Positions 25,575-35,098 of a stretch of DNA of 64,000 bases are shown here, piece by piece. Numbering within the stretch: the stretch's first letter is position 1; every line of letters begins with the position of its first letter. The notes under the pieces were generated by a model that saw only the letters and a program-made list of their open reading frames with translations, was not told the DNA's origin and ran no database searches. Source of the stretch: Ructibacterium sp. GTDB taxonomy: Bacteria; Bacillota; Clostridia; Monoglobales; Monoglobaceae. Both the position numbers and the translations under genes were made by a program. The stretch lies in contig JAZUMJ010000150.1 of the NCBI GenBank assembly GCA_045603605.1, positions 718 through 64,717 on the forward strand, written 5' to 3'.

Positions 25575-26872
25575 TAAAATACATCCTCCTTATCCTTAAA
25601 CTTTTTCCGCTCTCGCTGTATTGCTTCATCTTTCTTATGTCTCGGCTGAGCATCATCTTCTGAAGGTATATAAACAAAATCTCCGCAGTTAATATCCCAC
25701 TGATAGAGTAGTTTACCACCAACTGGACCGAATCTCTGCTTCTTAATACCTATCTCAAGTACGTTATCCTTTTTCTGTCTTATAGATAAAACCTTACTTG
25801 CGTTTTGTGCTATACCGTCTGAATCTCTAACGCTGTCAAGTTCTGGCGTACCGCTCTCATCTTCTTGTTTTACACCGGATCTATTAGCTTGTGCTACAAC
25901 AATTATAGGCACTCTTATATCATTTGATAATGCCATTAAATCCTCACTTATATTGGTTAATGAGGTTGTTAGACTATCTCCCCTTTTATATCTTTCATCA
26001 ACAATATATTTTATACCATCAATGGCAATTAAATGTAAATCGTACTGTGTTTGCCATTGTTTTAATTTAGACACTGTTATTCTTCTATCAAAGTCTTTCG
26101 GAGTGGCAACAAGGAATTTATTATTGCGCTCTTTTAAATTATCTATATAAGTCTTATACTCCTCATCTGATACATCATCTTTGCCCCACATTAAACCTTT
26201 ATTTGAAAAATTTTTATATAAAGTATCAAATCTATATCCCACACTATTAGCAGTCATTTCTGGAGATATATATCCGACATTAAACCCAAGTTCCCAAATA
26301 TTCGTACACATCTTTTCAAGTACCCAAGACTTACCTTGGTTTGTACGGGCAAATATTAAAATAAGTTCCTCTCCCCTTTGTATGCCATGAATTAATTCAT
26401 CTAATTCTTCAAATCCAGATGTAAAAAACCAGTTATTTTGATGTGTCCTTCTATCTAAAAATTGTTCATACCTACTATCAGCATCTGCAATAATATCTGT
26501 TCCGCCGAGCATATAATTAGGCTGTAATCCATTAACTGAGGACAATAAATATTCGGCGGCGGCATTTGCATCAGTTTTCAATAATTCTGCGGCGTGCTGT
26601 ATAATAGGAACTGATTTATAATAGAGATATTCTTCCCTAATAGTGTCCACTAAATAAGTATCAGATTCTGTAACTTCGGGTAAATCTATATCGGGAAAAT
26701 TAGATAAAAAAGTAACTTTATCTGGGACTGATCCATACTTTTTTATATGGTCCTCAATAAAATCAAATTCAGATTCATACCCTACAAAATAATCTTTTGT
26801 TAATCCGTTATCACATAAAATAGAATCATCTTTTGAGGATAAAATTTTAGATATTATCTGTAAACTAACCAT
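25574..26872 (-). CDS. dnaB: DnaB-like replicative helicase
   Basis: ARTNQGKS, SPEM, IDG, QANR, DSDGIAQNA, KQRFG. Confidence 0.92.
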   Translation of the reverse strand: MVSLQIISKILSSKDDSILCDNGLTKDYFVGYESEFDFIEDHIKKYGSVPDKVTFLSNFPDIDLPEVTESDTYLVDTIREEYLYYKSVPIIQHAAELLKTDANAAAEYLLSSVNGLQPNYMLGGTDIIADADSRYEQFLDRRTHQNNWFFTSGFEELDELIHGIQRGEELILIFARTNQGKSWVLEKMCTNIWELGFNVGYISPEMTANSVGYRFDTLYKNFSNKGLMWGKDDVSDEEYKTYIDNLKERNNKFLVATPKDFDRRITVSKLKQWQTQYDLHLIAIDGIKYIVDERYKRGDSLTTSLTNISEDLMALSNDIRVPIIVVAQANRSGVKQEDESGTPELDSVRDSDGIAQNASKVLSIRQKKDNVLEIGIKKQRFGPVGGKLLYQWDINCGDFVYIPSEDDAQPRHKKDEAIQRERKKFKDKEDVF

Positions 26873-27545
26873 TTCGTCTATCCTTGCCTTTAAGTTCTAC
26901 AATTGTTGACACTTCCCATATCCTACTCGCTAATCGACTACCTACGACATCCTCTAATGATTTTCTACTTATCTTATTCGAGGTAAAAATATTTGCTTTT
27001 GAATTTAGAATTCGGGAATCCAAGAACATCAATAAATTACTATAATCATATTGGCTAATATTTGAAACGGCAATATCATCAAATATTACAAGGTCAGCAT
27101 TTAAAATATCCTTCTTATATTCTTCCGACAACGGATTTTGAAAATTCTTTAATTGCATTAAAAGTGTTGGTACATGAACAAATAACCCTCTTGTTCTAAA
27201 TCCGTTACCTGCCCATATTGTGTCAAAATATTTGAGCATTATTTTAATTGCCCAACTTGTTTTTCCATTACCGGTATTATTCCCACAAATATACAAATTA
27301 AAATCGCCATTATTAATTAATTCTTGTATTGTATTTTTAACACTTGCCAATACTGTAAAAGACTTGTAGTCAATATCATCGGGCATTAACTTTGCAGGAT
27401 ACTGTCTTGCTACAGGAATTCCGCTTGCATCCATCAAATGTTTCATTTCCATATATCGAATACACGCTGATTGACCACAACATCCATGAATAGACTCCTG
27501 ACAGACGTTGCGGTACCAACATTCAAAATTCTGTACGTAATCCAT
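26865..27545 (-). CDS. dnaC: DnaC/IstB-like helicase loader ATPase
   Basis: GNNTGNGKT, LVIFDDI, IFTSN, RLASRI. Confidence 0.85.
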   Translation of the reverse strand: MDYVQNFECWYRNVCQESIHGCCGQSACIRYMEMKHLMDASGIPVARQYPAKLMPDDIDYKSFTVLASVKNTIQELINNGDFNLYICGNNTGNGKTSWAIKIMLKYFDTIWAGNGFRTRGLFVHVPTLLMQLKNFQNPLSEEYKKDILNADLVIFDDIAVSNISQYDYSNLLMFLDSRILNSKANIFTSNKISRKSLEDVVGSRLASRIWEVSTIVELKGKDRRNG

Positions 27546-28380
27546 TCTTCTTTCTCTCCTCAGTTAATCTATCTAACCGCATATAATCTTCGTCTGTCAT
27601 AACCTCGCTTGACGTAAGATGTTCTATTGATTCTCGGACACTGGAAGATTTTGAATATGATGTAACAGGATAAAATGATAAATATCCACGCTCAATACTT
27701 TGCTGAATTACCTGCTCATATAACTCAACATCATTATCACACATATTAGCCAACTTATTTAACATACCTTTCCACATATTAGCGTATAAAGGTTTATCTT
27801 TAATTTGGAGTCTATAATTTAAATACTGAATTAATAACGACCGTATATCAGATTGAGAACTAAAATCATAAGAATCTATAATGGTAACACATTTAGTAAA
27901 CAGATTATCTTTTTTAGGCTTAGATTTGCCGAATGAAAATTCCTGTAAAAATTCTTTAGAATTTTTCCTTTCGTTTTTTATGTTTATTTGTTTATTATTA
28001 TTTAAGTGCATCTCGTGAAGGACTTGTTCTTCATCTCGTGAAGGACTTGTGCTTAACGAGATTAACAACTTATCATAATTAATCCTGTAATAATTTTTAG
28101 CAGGCATACCTCTTTTACTAATTTCTACAATTCCAGCTTGTGTTAAAGTTTCAAATGCCTTACGTTGAAAATGTTCATTTAGACCAGTATTCTCCTCAAT
28201 ATTGGCTCTTGTTGAGTAAAACATACCATCTTCCAGCATATTCTGTTTTTCATAATAAATATATTCCGAACATAATTCGCCTATTAATATTGCTTCATGC
28301 AATCCGAAAAGTTTAATTAATTCTTTATTTACTTGAATATATCCATTTGTACTTAATAATTTAGCAATACTAATATCCAT
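27523..28380 (-). CDS. Replication initiator protein
   Basis: N-terminal wHTH (FYST...IEENTGL...G.PAKNYY), internal iterons, position upstream of dnaC and dnaB. Confidence 0.8.
   Translation of the reverse strand: MDISIAKLLSTNGYIQVNKELIKLFGLHEAILIGELCSEYIYYEKQNMLEDGMFYSTRANIEENTGLNEHFQRKAFETLTQAGIVEISKRGMPAKNYYRINYDKLLISLSTSPSRDEEQVLHEMHLNNNKQINIKNERKNSKEFLQEFSFGKSKPKKDNLFTKCVTIIDSYDFSSQSDIRSLLIQYLNYRLQIKDKPLYANMWKGMLNKLANMCDNDVELYEQVIQQSIERGYLSFYPVTSYSKSSSVRESIEHLTSSEVMTDEDYMRLDRLTEERKKNGLRTEF
27950..28050. repeat. Putative replication origin: two 19-bp iterons plus AT-rich tract
   Basis: CATCTCGTGAAGGACTTGT at 28009-28027 and 28032-28050; AT-rich 27950-28005. Confidence 0.75.
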
Positions 28381-28402
28381 TTAATTCTCCTTTAAAACAA
28401 AT

Positions 28403-28504
28403 CAGCTTATACAAATCAATCTGCCCATTGAAATGTATAAGCTGTGTTAGCCTGTTTCCTATGAGGTTATCTTGGCAAGTCCTCGGGCAGGAGAACAAGC
28501 TAAC
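28403..28504 (-). promoter_or_regulatory. Structured 5' leader of the initiator gene with complementary loops
   Basis: Stems GTTAGCTTGTT/AACAGGCTAAC and CAGCTTATACA/TGTATAAGCTG; loops carry CTGCCC and GGGCAG. Confidence 0.6.
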
Positions 28505-28553
28505 CTATTTGTGTAATTCGTAATTACTTTAATAGTATATCATATTTTGAGAA

Positions 28554-28772
28554 TTATTTCTTGAACAAATTGTAAATTTCTTGTTGCTGGTCATCAACTA
28601 CTGTATTCACATCATCAAATAATATTTTACGTTCCTGTTCTATATCAACGCCTTCAACATCTGGAACAGTTCTTTCTTCCGCATATTCAATCGTAAAATA
28701 ATTATCCCTAATTTTTAAAGCTACTCTACTTGTTGCTTTAATCGACACTACTTTAGCCTTGCTTTCATACAT
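28554..28772 (-). CDS. Hypothetical protein
   Basis: GGAGG RBS. Confidence 0.7.
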   Translation of the reverse strand: MYESKAKVVSIKATSRVALKIRDNYFTIEYAEERTVPDVEGVDIEQERKILFDDVNTVVDDQQQEIYNLFKK

Positions 28773-28875
28773 TACTTCTTTCCTCCATTTTTAAAAATGC
28801 CGTAAATAACAATAAGACCTATTTCTAAAATAACTGTAATGCCTACACCGCACCAAAATTCTGGAATATACATTA

Positions 28876-29283
28876 TTATTTTTTCTCTCCTTCTTTAACT
28901 CTTGCTATACGTAAGGTTACTACTTCTTTTACTTCTCTCGCCTTATTAATTTCCGTGAGAATTTCCTTCGATATATTGCCTGTATAAATAGCGTTCTCTA
29001 ATGCATCAAAATCAATGTATTCCTTTGTTTTTACTATTTCTGGAATACCATAATGATGCGCAATCATCAATAACATATCCTCATTAAAATTTTCTCGTTT
29101 TTGGACTACTCTCTTTGCGATATAATTACCTGATTGAGTTTCATCGAGATTTAAATTTAACATGAGGTCTTTAATTTTAGAATTTTCTTCCTCACAAATT
29201 TTCTTATAGCCATCTAATTCTGTTTTATTTGCGACATATTGTGGAATTAATGCTATTAATTCCGATTCCATTTTACTACTCAT
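28876..29283 (-). CDS. Hypothetical protein (coiled coil, Gam/gp157-like layout)
   Basis: Coiled-coil N-terminus, VKTKEYIDFDALE C-terminus. Confidence 0.6.
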   Translation of the reverse strand: MSSKMESELIALIPQYVANKTELDGYKKICEEENSKIKDLMLNLNLDETQSGNYIAKRVVQKRENFNEDMLLMIAHHYGIPEIVKTKEYIDFDALENAIYTGNISKEILTEINKAREVKEVVTLRIARVKEGEKK

Positions 29284-29578
29284 TAGTACCGGCGCCTCTA
29301 CTTTCTTTTACATTTTTAAGGTATTTCTGAGTTATCTCTCCCATAACTCCTTTTCTTCCTATAGGAATACTTCTTTTAAACATCAAAAGTTTTGCCACAT
29401 CAGATTCTTTCCAGTATCGTGTCTGTCGCATTCCTTGTTGAATAAATTCAGGCAATATTTTTGCATACTCATTATCTGGAAACTGTTTTTTAAACATATA
29501 CCAGTTATTAATTGTCTTGCCTGATACTCCAATCAATACAGCTAATTCTTCTAACCTTAACATTTTTTCTCTGCTCAT
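29276..29578 (-). CDS. MerR/excisionase-like HTH protein
   Basis: LRLEELAVLIGVSGKTINNW...RYWKESDV. Confidence 0.7.
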   Translation of the reverse strand: MSREKMLRLEELAVLIGVSGKTINNWYMFKKQFPDNEYAKILPEFIQQGMRQTRYWKESDVAKLLMFKRSIPIGRKGVMGEITQKYLKNVKESRGAGTNE

Positions 29579-29637
29579 AAATCATTACCGTCCTTTCATA
29601 ACATTCTCCTCCTCAAGTAATCCAATTTATAGGTATA

Positions 29638-31752
29638 TTAGTTAAGAAGATAATCAAGCAGGTCTTTTTTGTTTACGTTTATTTTTCCATCAACTATAGC
29701 ATCTGCCATGATTCCCTTCTGCTCTACTAAATTATGAATTTTTTCATCAATGGTATTCTTACAAAGGAGAGTATAAATCGTTACATTTTCCTTTGTACCT
29801 ACTCTATGACACCTATCTTCTGCCTGGTCTTTAAGTGCTTTATTCCACGGCTCATCCATAAATATTTCAACTGTACCTGCTGTAAGAGTAAGTCCTGTAC
29901 CCATGGCGCCTATGGTTCCAACTACGAATTTACAATCATCATCTTCCTGAAATCTTCTTACATGCTCCGCTCTCTGGTCACTATCGACTTCACCTGTGAT
30001 ATATGTGCCGTGATATTTAACTGCAAGTCTGTTATAAATAGGTAAAGTCATTTGTGTCCAGTTAGAGAAGATAACAACTTTCTTTCCGTTCTCTATCGCT
30101 TCCTCTACAAGTTCTTCCATTCTATCCATCTTTGCAGATTCTGTTACTTTAGAAGATAAAATGCCTGTATAACCAGTTGCCTGTCTCATTCTAATAAGTT
30201 CTGCAAGAGGATTATTTGCCATCTTAATCTGGTCGATGTTCATCCTAATATCCGCTGTCACTTCATCGTAAATCTGCTTCTGTTTAGGAGTCATTTCAAC
30301 ATATTCATTGACATAGGTTTTCTCAGGCAGGTCAAGAACATCTTTTTTCAGTCTCCTCAATTTAATATCTTGTAACTGATCCTCCAACTGATCCAGGTTC
30401 TTATAGCTGATAATTTCATATCCACCATAACCTCCCATTACACAATAATGATTTTTAAACTGATAGAAGGAGTGCTTTTCATAACCCAGCCATTTAAGAA
30501 TAATATATAAATCCATTGGAGTATTCATTAACGGAGTGCCCGTCATAGCAATTCTATACTCAGGCTGTAATTTTAAAATTCCTTTGCCTTGCTGACTTGT
30601 TGGATTCTTACACTTATGAATCTCATCAATCGCAACCATATTAATAATGCCGTTTTTACATAACTGTCCTAATTCATTAGCAATTTTTTCAGTCCTAAGA
30701 GTTTCAACATTAGTAATGAGAAAATACGGAATTTTTACATTGTCAGAGGATAATGCAAGAACATCGGTCAATTTATCTTCATTACTTCCGATAACTACTT
30801 TGCCTGCTCTTGTACGTTGTCCGAGAATCCAACAATCTTCATCAGAATGAGTATGAATTTCATTAACCCAGTTCCATTTAAGACCATTTACGCCGCAGAT
30901 AATAAGACAATGCTTATAGCCATTACTTAATTTCTTGGCAACAGCTATATCAATAACCTGCTTAGTCTTGCCGAGTCCTTGTTCGTCACCGAGTAACCAC
31001 TTACTATTAGTGAGTCCGTATTTAAATCCTTCAACCTGATGTTTGAAAGGCTTTGTTTTAAAATTAAAATCAGGTATAGCTATTGTTTCTTTCTTTTCAG
31101 GAACATCGCCTATAACAGTTACTTCCTGATTTTTAAAAGCAATCTTTAATGCATCAAGATACTTTAAAGGAACTTCCCATTCTTTTTCATCTTTATGCCA
31201 AAATCTTGAAGGAAGATTCCTAATAATCTGTAATAACTCATCATTATAAGGAAACGAAACAAATAATGAATAGTCACCGATGCATTTATCTGCTTCTTTT
31301 ATTTTAATCGTAACACCTATTTTTTTAGGTGTTTCCTCGATTACTTCACAATCTTCGTCACCATAAATTTCATCTTCAATAATAGCAGATTTAATGATCC
31401 AGCCTTCCCAAGTAATATTCTGTAACTGCTTTTTATAAGAAGCTACCGCCGCCTTTAATTCAGCATCACTTTTAAATGGATTAACATATCCGTGATTCCC
31501 ACATTCGGGACCAATCCCAAAATACTGACTAACTGGATTTGTAAGTTCTCTTCCGCACTTCATACAAGTGCAAATTCTTTCCGCATAAATATCACCGTGA
31601 AGTTTCATATATATCATCCCACGAGTCTCTTTGATGCTTTCTCCAACCATAGTACGAAGCGGCATTGGAATATTATTATTCCACTTTTCCATGAAATTAA
31701 ATTCTGGACTTGCCTTCTGGGTCATATATCTTTTGACCGTTATCTTTCGCAT
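29638..31752 (-). CDS. SNF2/HARP-like helicase with N-terminal DUF6011-type Zn finger
   Basis: DEQGLGKT, DEIH, TGTP, QAEDRCHRVG; CMKCGRELT...GIGPEC. Confidence 0.92.
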   Translation of the reverse strand: MRKITVKRYMTQKASPEFNFMEKWNNNIPMPLRTMVGESIKETRGMIYMKLHGDIYAERICTCMKCGRELTNPVSQYFGIGPECGNHGYVNPFKSDAELKAAVASYKKQLQNITWEGWIIKSAIIEDEIYGDEDCEVIEETPKKIGVTIKIKEADKCIGDYSLFVSFPYNDELLQIIRNLPSRFWHKDEKEWEVPLKYLDALKIAFKNQEVTVIGDVPEKKETIAIPDFNFKTKPFKHQVEGFKYGLTNSKWLLGDEQGLGKTKQVIDIAVAKKLSNGYKHCLIICGVNGLKWNWVNEIHTHSDEDCWILGQRTRAGKVVIGSNEDKLTDVLALSSDNVKIPYFLITNVETLRTEKIANELGQLCKNGIINMVAIDEIHKCKNPTSQQGKGILKLQPEYRIAMTGTPLMNTPMDLYIILKWLGYEKHSFYQFKNHYCVMGGYGGYEIISYKNLDQLEDQLQDIKLRRLKKDVLDLPEKTYVNEYVEMTPKQKQIYDEVTADIRMNIDQIKMANNPLAELIRMRQATGYTGILSSKVTESAKMDRMEELVEEAIENGKKVVIFSNWTQMTLPIYNRLAVKYHGTYITGEVDSDQRAEHVRRFQEDDDCKFVVGTIGAMGTGLTLTAGTVEIFMDEPWNKALKDQAEDRCHRVGTKENVTIYTLLCKNTIDEKIHNLVEQKGIMADAIVDGKINVNKKDLLDYLLN

Positions 31753-31806
31753 AATTAGTGACTCCTTTCTGTATTTTTAGGGTTCATAGTATTCTACATC
31801 ATAAAC

Positions 31807-31887
31807 ATTATACAACACGTTTAAAGTGCTGTCAATAAAAATATGTATCACAAAATACATTGTAATACATATTTTCCTGTCTGTCAA
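31807..31887 (-). promoter_or_regulatory. Two tandem sigmaA promoters for the replication operon
   Basis: TTGACA-N17-TACAAT (31859-31887) and TTGACA-N17-TATAAT (31807-31835). Confidence 0.8.
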
Positions 31888-31904
31888 TATTTCCTCAATT
31901 TGTA

Positions 31905-32306
31905 TTAATTCTTCATAAATTTATCATGCAATTTTGTAACCATAGATTCTATACAAATTCGTTCCTTACGTAGGTGAGTATTATTATATAAAATTAAAAT
32001 AAATTCCTCTAATTCTTGTACTAATAATTTCATTGCAGGAACCAGTGCATCATCCGGAAGTTGATGCAATTGATACTGGATCTTTACATTTTTATACCGT
32101 GTATATGCAGGCAATATATCATTTAATTCATTTTCAATACTATTCTTATTATTTAAAATGCTCTCAGACGCTTCAATTTGACTTCTAACAGATTTTTCTA
32201 AGTTATTATAGATAATGTATAAACTCGCTAAATTTCTTACGTTAGAAAGCGTTAAATCGTCTTTCTCCAATTCTTCTATTGAAGATTTAATTTCTTCTAT
32301 ATTCAT
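31905..32306 (-). CDS. Helical hypothetical protein, last gene of the low-complexity cassette
   Basis: GTGGGG RBS before ATG 32306. Confidence 0.7.
   Translation of the reverse strand: MNIEEIKSSIEELEKDDLTLSNVRNLASLYIIYNNLEKSVRSQIEASESILNNKNSIENELNDILPAYTRYKNVKIQYQLHQLPDDALVPAMKLLVQELEEFILILYNNTHLRKERICIESMVTKLHDKFMKN
32154..32196. repeat. Exact 43-bp inverted copy of 7501-7543 inside a CDS
   Basis: TAAAATGCTCTCAGACGCTTCAATTTGACTTCTAACAGATTTT. Confidence 0.9.
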
Positions 32307-32355
32307 AACATTCCCCACAATGAGTAGACGGGGTATTGCTACCCCGCCTGTGATG

Positions 32356-33033
32356 TTACCGTTCCAGTTTGTCAATACACTGTTCAATGGCTCTTTTTGT
32401 TTTTGGGTCTGAGGTTATATCAGCCATAGTTTCTAACTTATCAATCATTCTCTCCTTTTCAGAGTGTCTTGAATAGTCATAGGAACTATCCCTACTTGTG
32501 AAACGTCCCATGGCATCTCTGCCACGTCTTCCACTATAATCATAAGAACCATCTTCACTGTATCTTCCATCACTGTCTGCATCTCTACCAGCTCTGCCGT
32601 CATATGAGCCACGATTACTCATTCCATCATATGAACCACGATTGCTCATACCGTCATAAGAATTATTGTAAGAACCTCTATTAGACATTCCATCGTAGGA
32701 ATTATACGAATTCATAGAATACGGTATCATGCTATCTGTGTTCCATATCGGTCTGTAAGAGTTACCAGCATTAGACATTCCACCATCATAAGAACCGCGA
32801 TTAGACATACCATCATAACTATTGTAAGAATTTCTACTCATGCCACCACGCTGGGAATATTCATTACTCTGTCCCTGTTCGGAACCTTGCATAGCTTTAA
32901 TGGTTTCCATATCTTTGAGTATGTCTACAGCCTTATAGACATTCTCCAATTCTTGCGGAGTAATGTCAGACTTCTTAGCTATCTTTTTCATCTGGTCTTC
33001 CAGAATTTCTTTAATATCTTCAAATGGTTTCAT
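32356..33033 (-). CDS. Protein with a prion-like [SG]YD(G)MSNRG repeat domain between helical ends
   Basis: Multiple SYDGMSNRG / NSYN repeats, then RRGRDAMGRF. Confidence 0.8.
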   Translation of the reverse strand: MKPFEDIKEILEDQMKKIAKKSDITPQELENVYKAVDILKDMETIKAMQGSEQGQSNEYSQRGGMSRNSYNSYDGMSNRGSYDGGMSNAGNSYRPIWNTDSMIPYSMNSYNSYDGMSNRGSYNNSYDGMSNRGSYDGMSNRGSYDGRAGRDADSDGRYSEDGSYDYSGRRGRDAMGRFTSRDSSYDYSRHSEKERMIDKLETMADITSDPKTKRAIEQCIDKLER

Positions 33034-33050
33034 CTGTCCATCCTCCTTTC

Positions 33051-33518
33051 TTACGCTATTCTTGTAATGGTTAGATTTGCGTTCTGCACTTCAATGATAG
33101 GTGCCGGTGTTACTGTTGGGTCTGTTGTGGCAGGTACTGCGTCTACAGAAAGACTAAAGCAACAACATCTCGGAACCTTAATAATCGCTGTACTTGTGAC
33201 GTTACCAAAATCTTCAACTGCCGCAGGAGTAAAGATCGCTCTGCTTGTCAGTCTCGGTTCACCGTTTACTGCAAGTGCTACAGCTATCGGTGCAACTGTG
33301 CCACCTTCAGGAATAGCAATATTGCCGTTAAAAGTAACTTGGTACTGAGCGTATTGATTACAGCAATTATTATTAGAGGATGCACCCTTGAGAATAAAAT
33401 TCCCTGTGTTGCTTTCGTGATAAACATTGCCACGGTAACAAGGAATAGATGTGTCGAACAGTATAGGAGCGTTTAACGCTACTTCCTGTATCGGATTGTA
33501 CAAAAATTCACAAGCCAT
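33051..33518 (-). CDS. Cys-rich beta-sandwich protein, possibly BclA/C1q-like
   Basis: Alternating beta pattern YQVTFNGNIAI...NANLTITRIA; CC and CCC motifs. Confidence 0.6.
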   Translation of the reverse strand: MACEFLYNPIQEVALNAPILFDTSIPCYRGNVYHESNTGNFILKGASSNNNCCNQYAQYQVTFNGNIAIPEGGTVAPIAVALAVNGEPRLTSRAIFTPAAVEDFGNVTSTAIIKVPRCCCFSLSVDAVPATTDPTVTPAPIIEVQNANLTITRIA

Positions 33519-33529
33519 GTTGCACCTCC

Positions 33530-34414
33530 TTAGAAGTTACTTCCACAACCACAACCACAACCATTGTTACAAGTGAAGATAGGTGTCTTGCCGTAAACAG
33601 GAGTAGTACCTACCGGGCACTGGTCAAGTCTGTTATAAATGGAATTTACAATCTGCTCATTCTGGGCAATCTGTGAAGCCTGTCCACGAGCGTAAAGAAC
33701 TTCCTGTCTAAGCTGTGCAATTTCATCATTCTTGGCATCAATCTTGTCGTTGCACATCTGGTCAAGGATTCTCTGGATACCTGCGTTCTGGTTCTGAAGA
33801 ATATCTCTTACACCTTCATTCAGCGCCGCTCTGTCAGCACAATTCTCTGTCGCAATAGTGTATTTCAGGTCTGCGGATGCAAGTCTGTTCTCACAGCAAC
33901 AGTCGGCAAATTGGGAACCGAGAGTATTAAATCCATTAGCCATAGCAGTCTGGGCGGCAAACGCCTGTTGCATGTTAGCCATCTGGCGTGCATTAGCACT
34001 TGTCTCTGCATTAGCAAATCCACCACTAACCGTGGCATTTACTCCTGCAAATCCGTTGCAAAGTGACTGCTGAATATCGGCTGTAGAACTGCAAAGCTGA
34101 GTGGAAAGATTACCGATGCTGTCTCTAATGGAAGTAACATTGTCGTTAATCATCTGGTCACGGAAACCACCATTAATCTGATTGCTCTGATTCATCCACG
34201 GATAAAGCATAGCACCGTCAGCGGCAAATCCTCCTGCACCGCCTCCAAATCCAAAGCCGTTACCCCAACCACCGTTACCGGCAAGAAGAAGTAAGAGGAT
34301 AATCCACCAACCGTCACCGCCCCAGCCACTGCCGAAGCCACCTTGTCCACCACCGTACATCGGTGATACAGGCATTACCATTCCGCTACCTGTTCCGTTG
34401 TCTACTAATGACAT
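33530..34414 (-). CDS. Gly-rich hydrophobic segment plus coiled coil plus Cys-cluster protein
   Basis: GGDGWWIILLLLLAGNGGWG; heptads; DCCCENR; C-terminal CNNGCGCGC. Confidence 0.8.
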   Translation of the reverse strand: MSLVDNGTGSGMVMPVSPMYGGGQGGFGSGWGGDGWWIILLLLLAGNGGWGNGFGFGGGAGGFAADGAMLYPWMNQSNQINGGFRDQMINDNVTSIRDSIGNLSTQLCSSTADIQQSLCNGFAGVNATVSGGFANAETSANARQMANMQQAFAAQTAMANGFNTLGSQFADCCCENRLASADLKYTIATENCADRAALNEGVRDILQNQNAGIQRILDQMCNDKIDAKNDEIAQLRQEVLYARGQASQIAQNEQIVNSIYNRLDQCPVGTTPVYGKTPIFTCNNGCGCGCGSNF

Positions 34415-34461
34415 ACTTTTGTCTCCTTTCGTAATATTATTTATCTACAAAACCGTGCGCA

Positions 34462-34701
34462 CTAATGGTTTGCAGTCATTGAATTAACCCTTTGCTGGAT
34501 AGCATTGATTTGTTGCTGAGATACCTGTCCTGTATTAACAAGATGTTGTATTATCTCTTGCGGACCACCTTGAAAGTTAGCCGGAAGATTAAATCTTCTC
34601 TGCGCTAAAAACTGTACAGGGTTAGATTTAAGCTGATTTAGCATCTGCATAAAATTAGGTTGAGCATTTCTATTCAAGGTATTAAAAAGATTATTCGCCA
34701 T
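34462..34701 (-). CDS. Q/N-rich small helical protein
   Basis: NPVQFL...PQEIIQHLVNTGQVSQQQIN. Confidence 0.75.
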   Translation of the reverse strand: MANNLFNTLNRNAQPNFMQMLNQLKSNPVQFLAQRRFNLPANFQGGPQEIIQHLVNTGQVSQQQINAIQQRVNSMTANH

Positions 34702-35095
34702 CTTTCTGCTCCTTTAATTCATCAAATCTTCTCTTTAGTTCGTCAAACTCGGATTTTTTAACGTACTGACTCATATCCGGTAAAGCGGCGTGAGATTGAG
34801 TGGGTTCTTGTGTCCTTACGATTTCCTTGTACTCAAATATCCTTAACGGCTGCGGCATACCACTTGGGTCTGTAGACTTCAAGTAAAAACATTCACTCTC
34901 ACTGTCCATCAGTAACTGATTCGACCCGGCAGGTACCGGATATGCTTTTGCACCGGCTTCACCTTGCACCCATATAATTCCACTCTGCTGTGGTTGCATG
35001 TAACTCATTTGAGATTGTGCATTAGGTTGAACCTGCTGTTGCTGTTGATAGTACATCGGTTGATAATTCATTGGAAATCCATAGTTATAAGCCAT
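34691..35095 (-). CDS. Protein with a Q/Y/P-rich N-terminus and conserved WVQGEAGAKAY domain
   Basis: YQQQQQVQPN; LMDSE...FYLKSTD.SGMP; YVKKSEFDEL. Confidence 0.8.
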   Translation of the reverse strand: MAYNYGFPMNYQPMYYQQQQQVQPNAQSQMSYMQPQQSGIIWVQGEAGAKAYPVPAGSNQLLMDSESECFYLKSTDPSGMPQPLRIFEYKEIVRTQEPTQSHAALPDMSQYVKKSEFDELKRRFDELKEQKDGE

Positions 35096-35098
35096 TTC

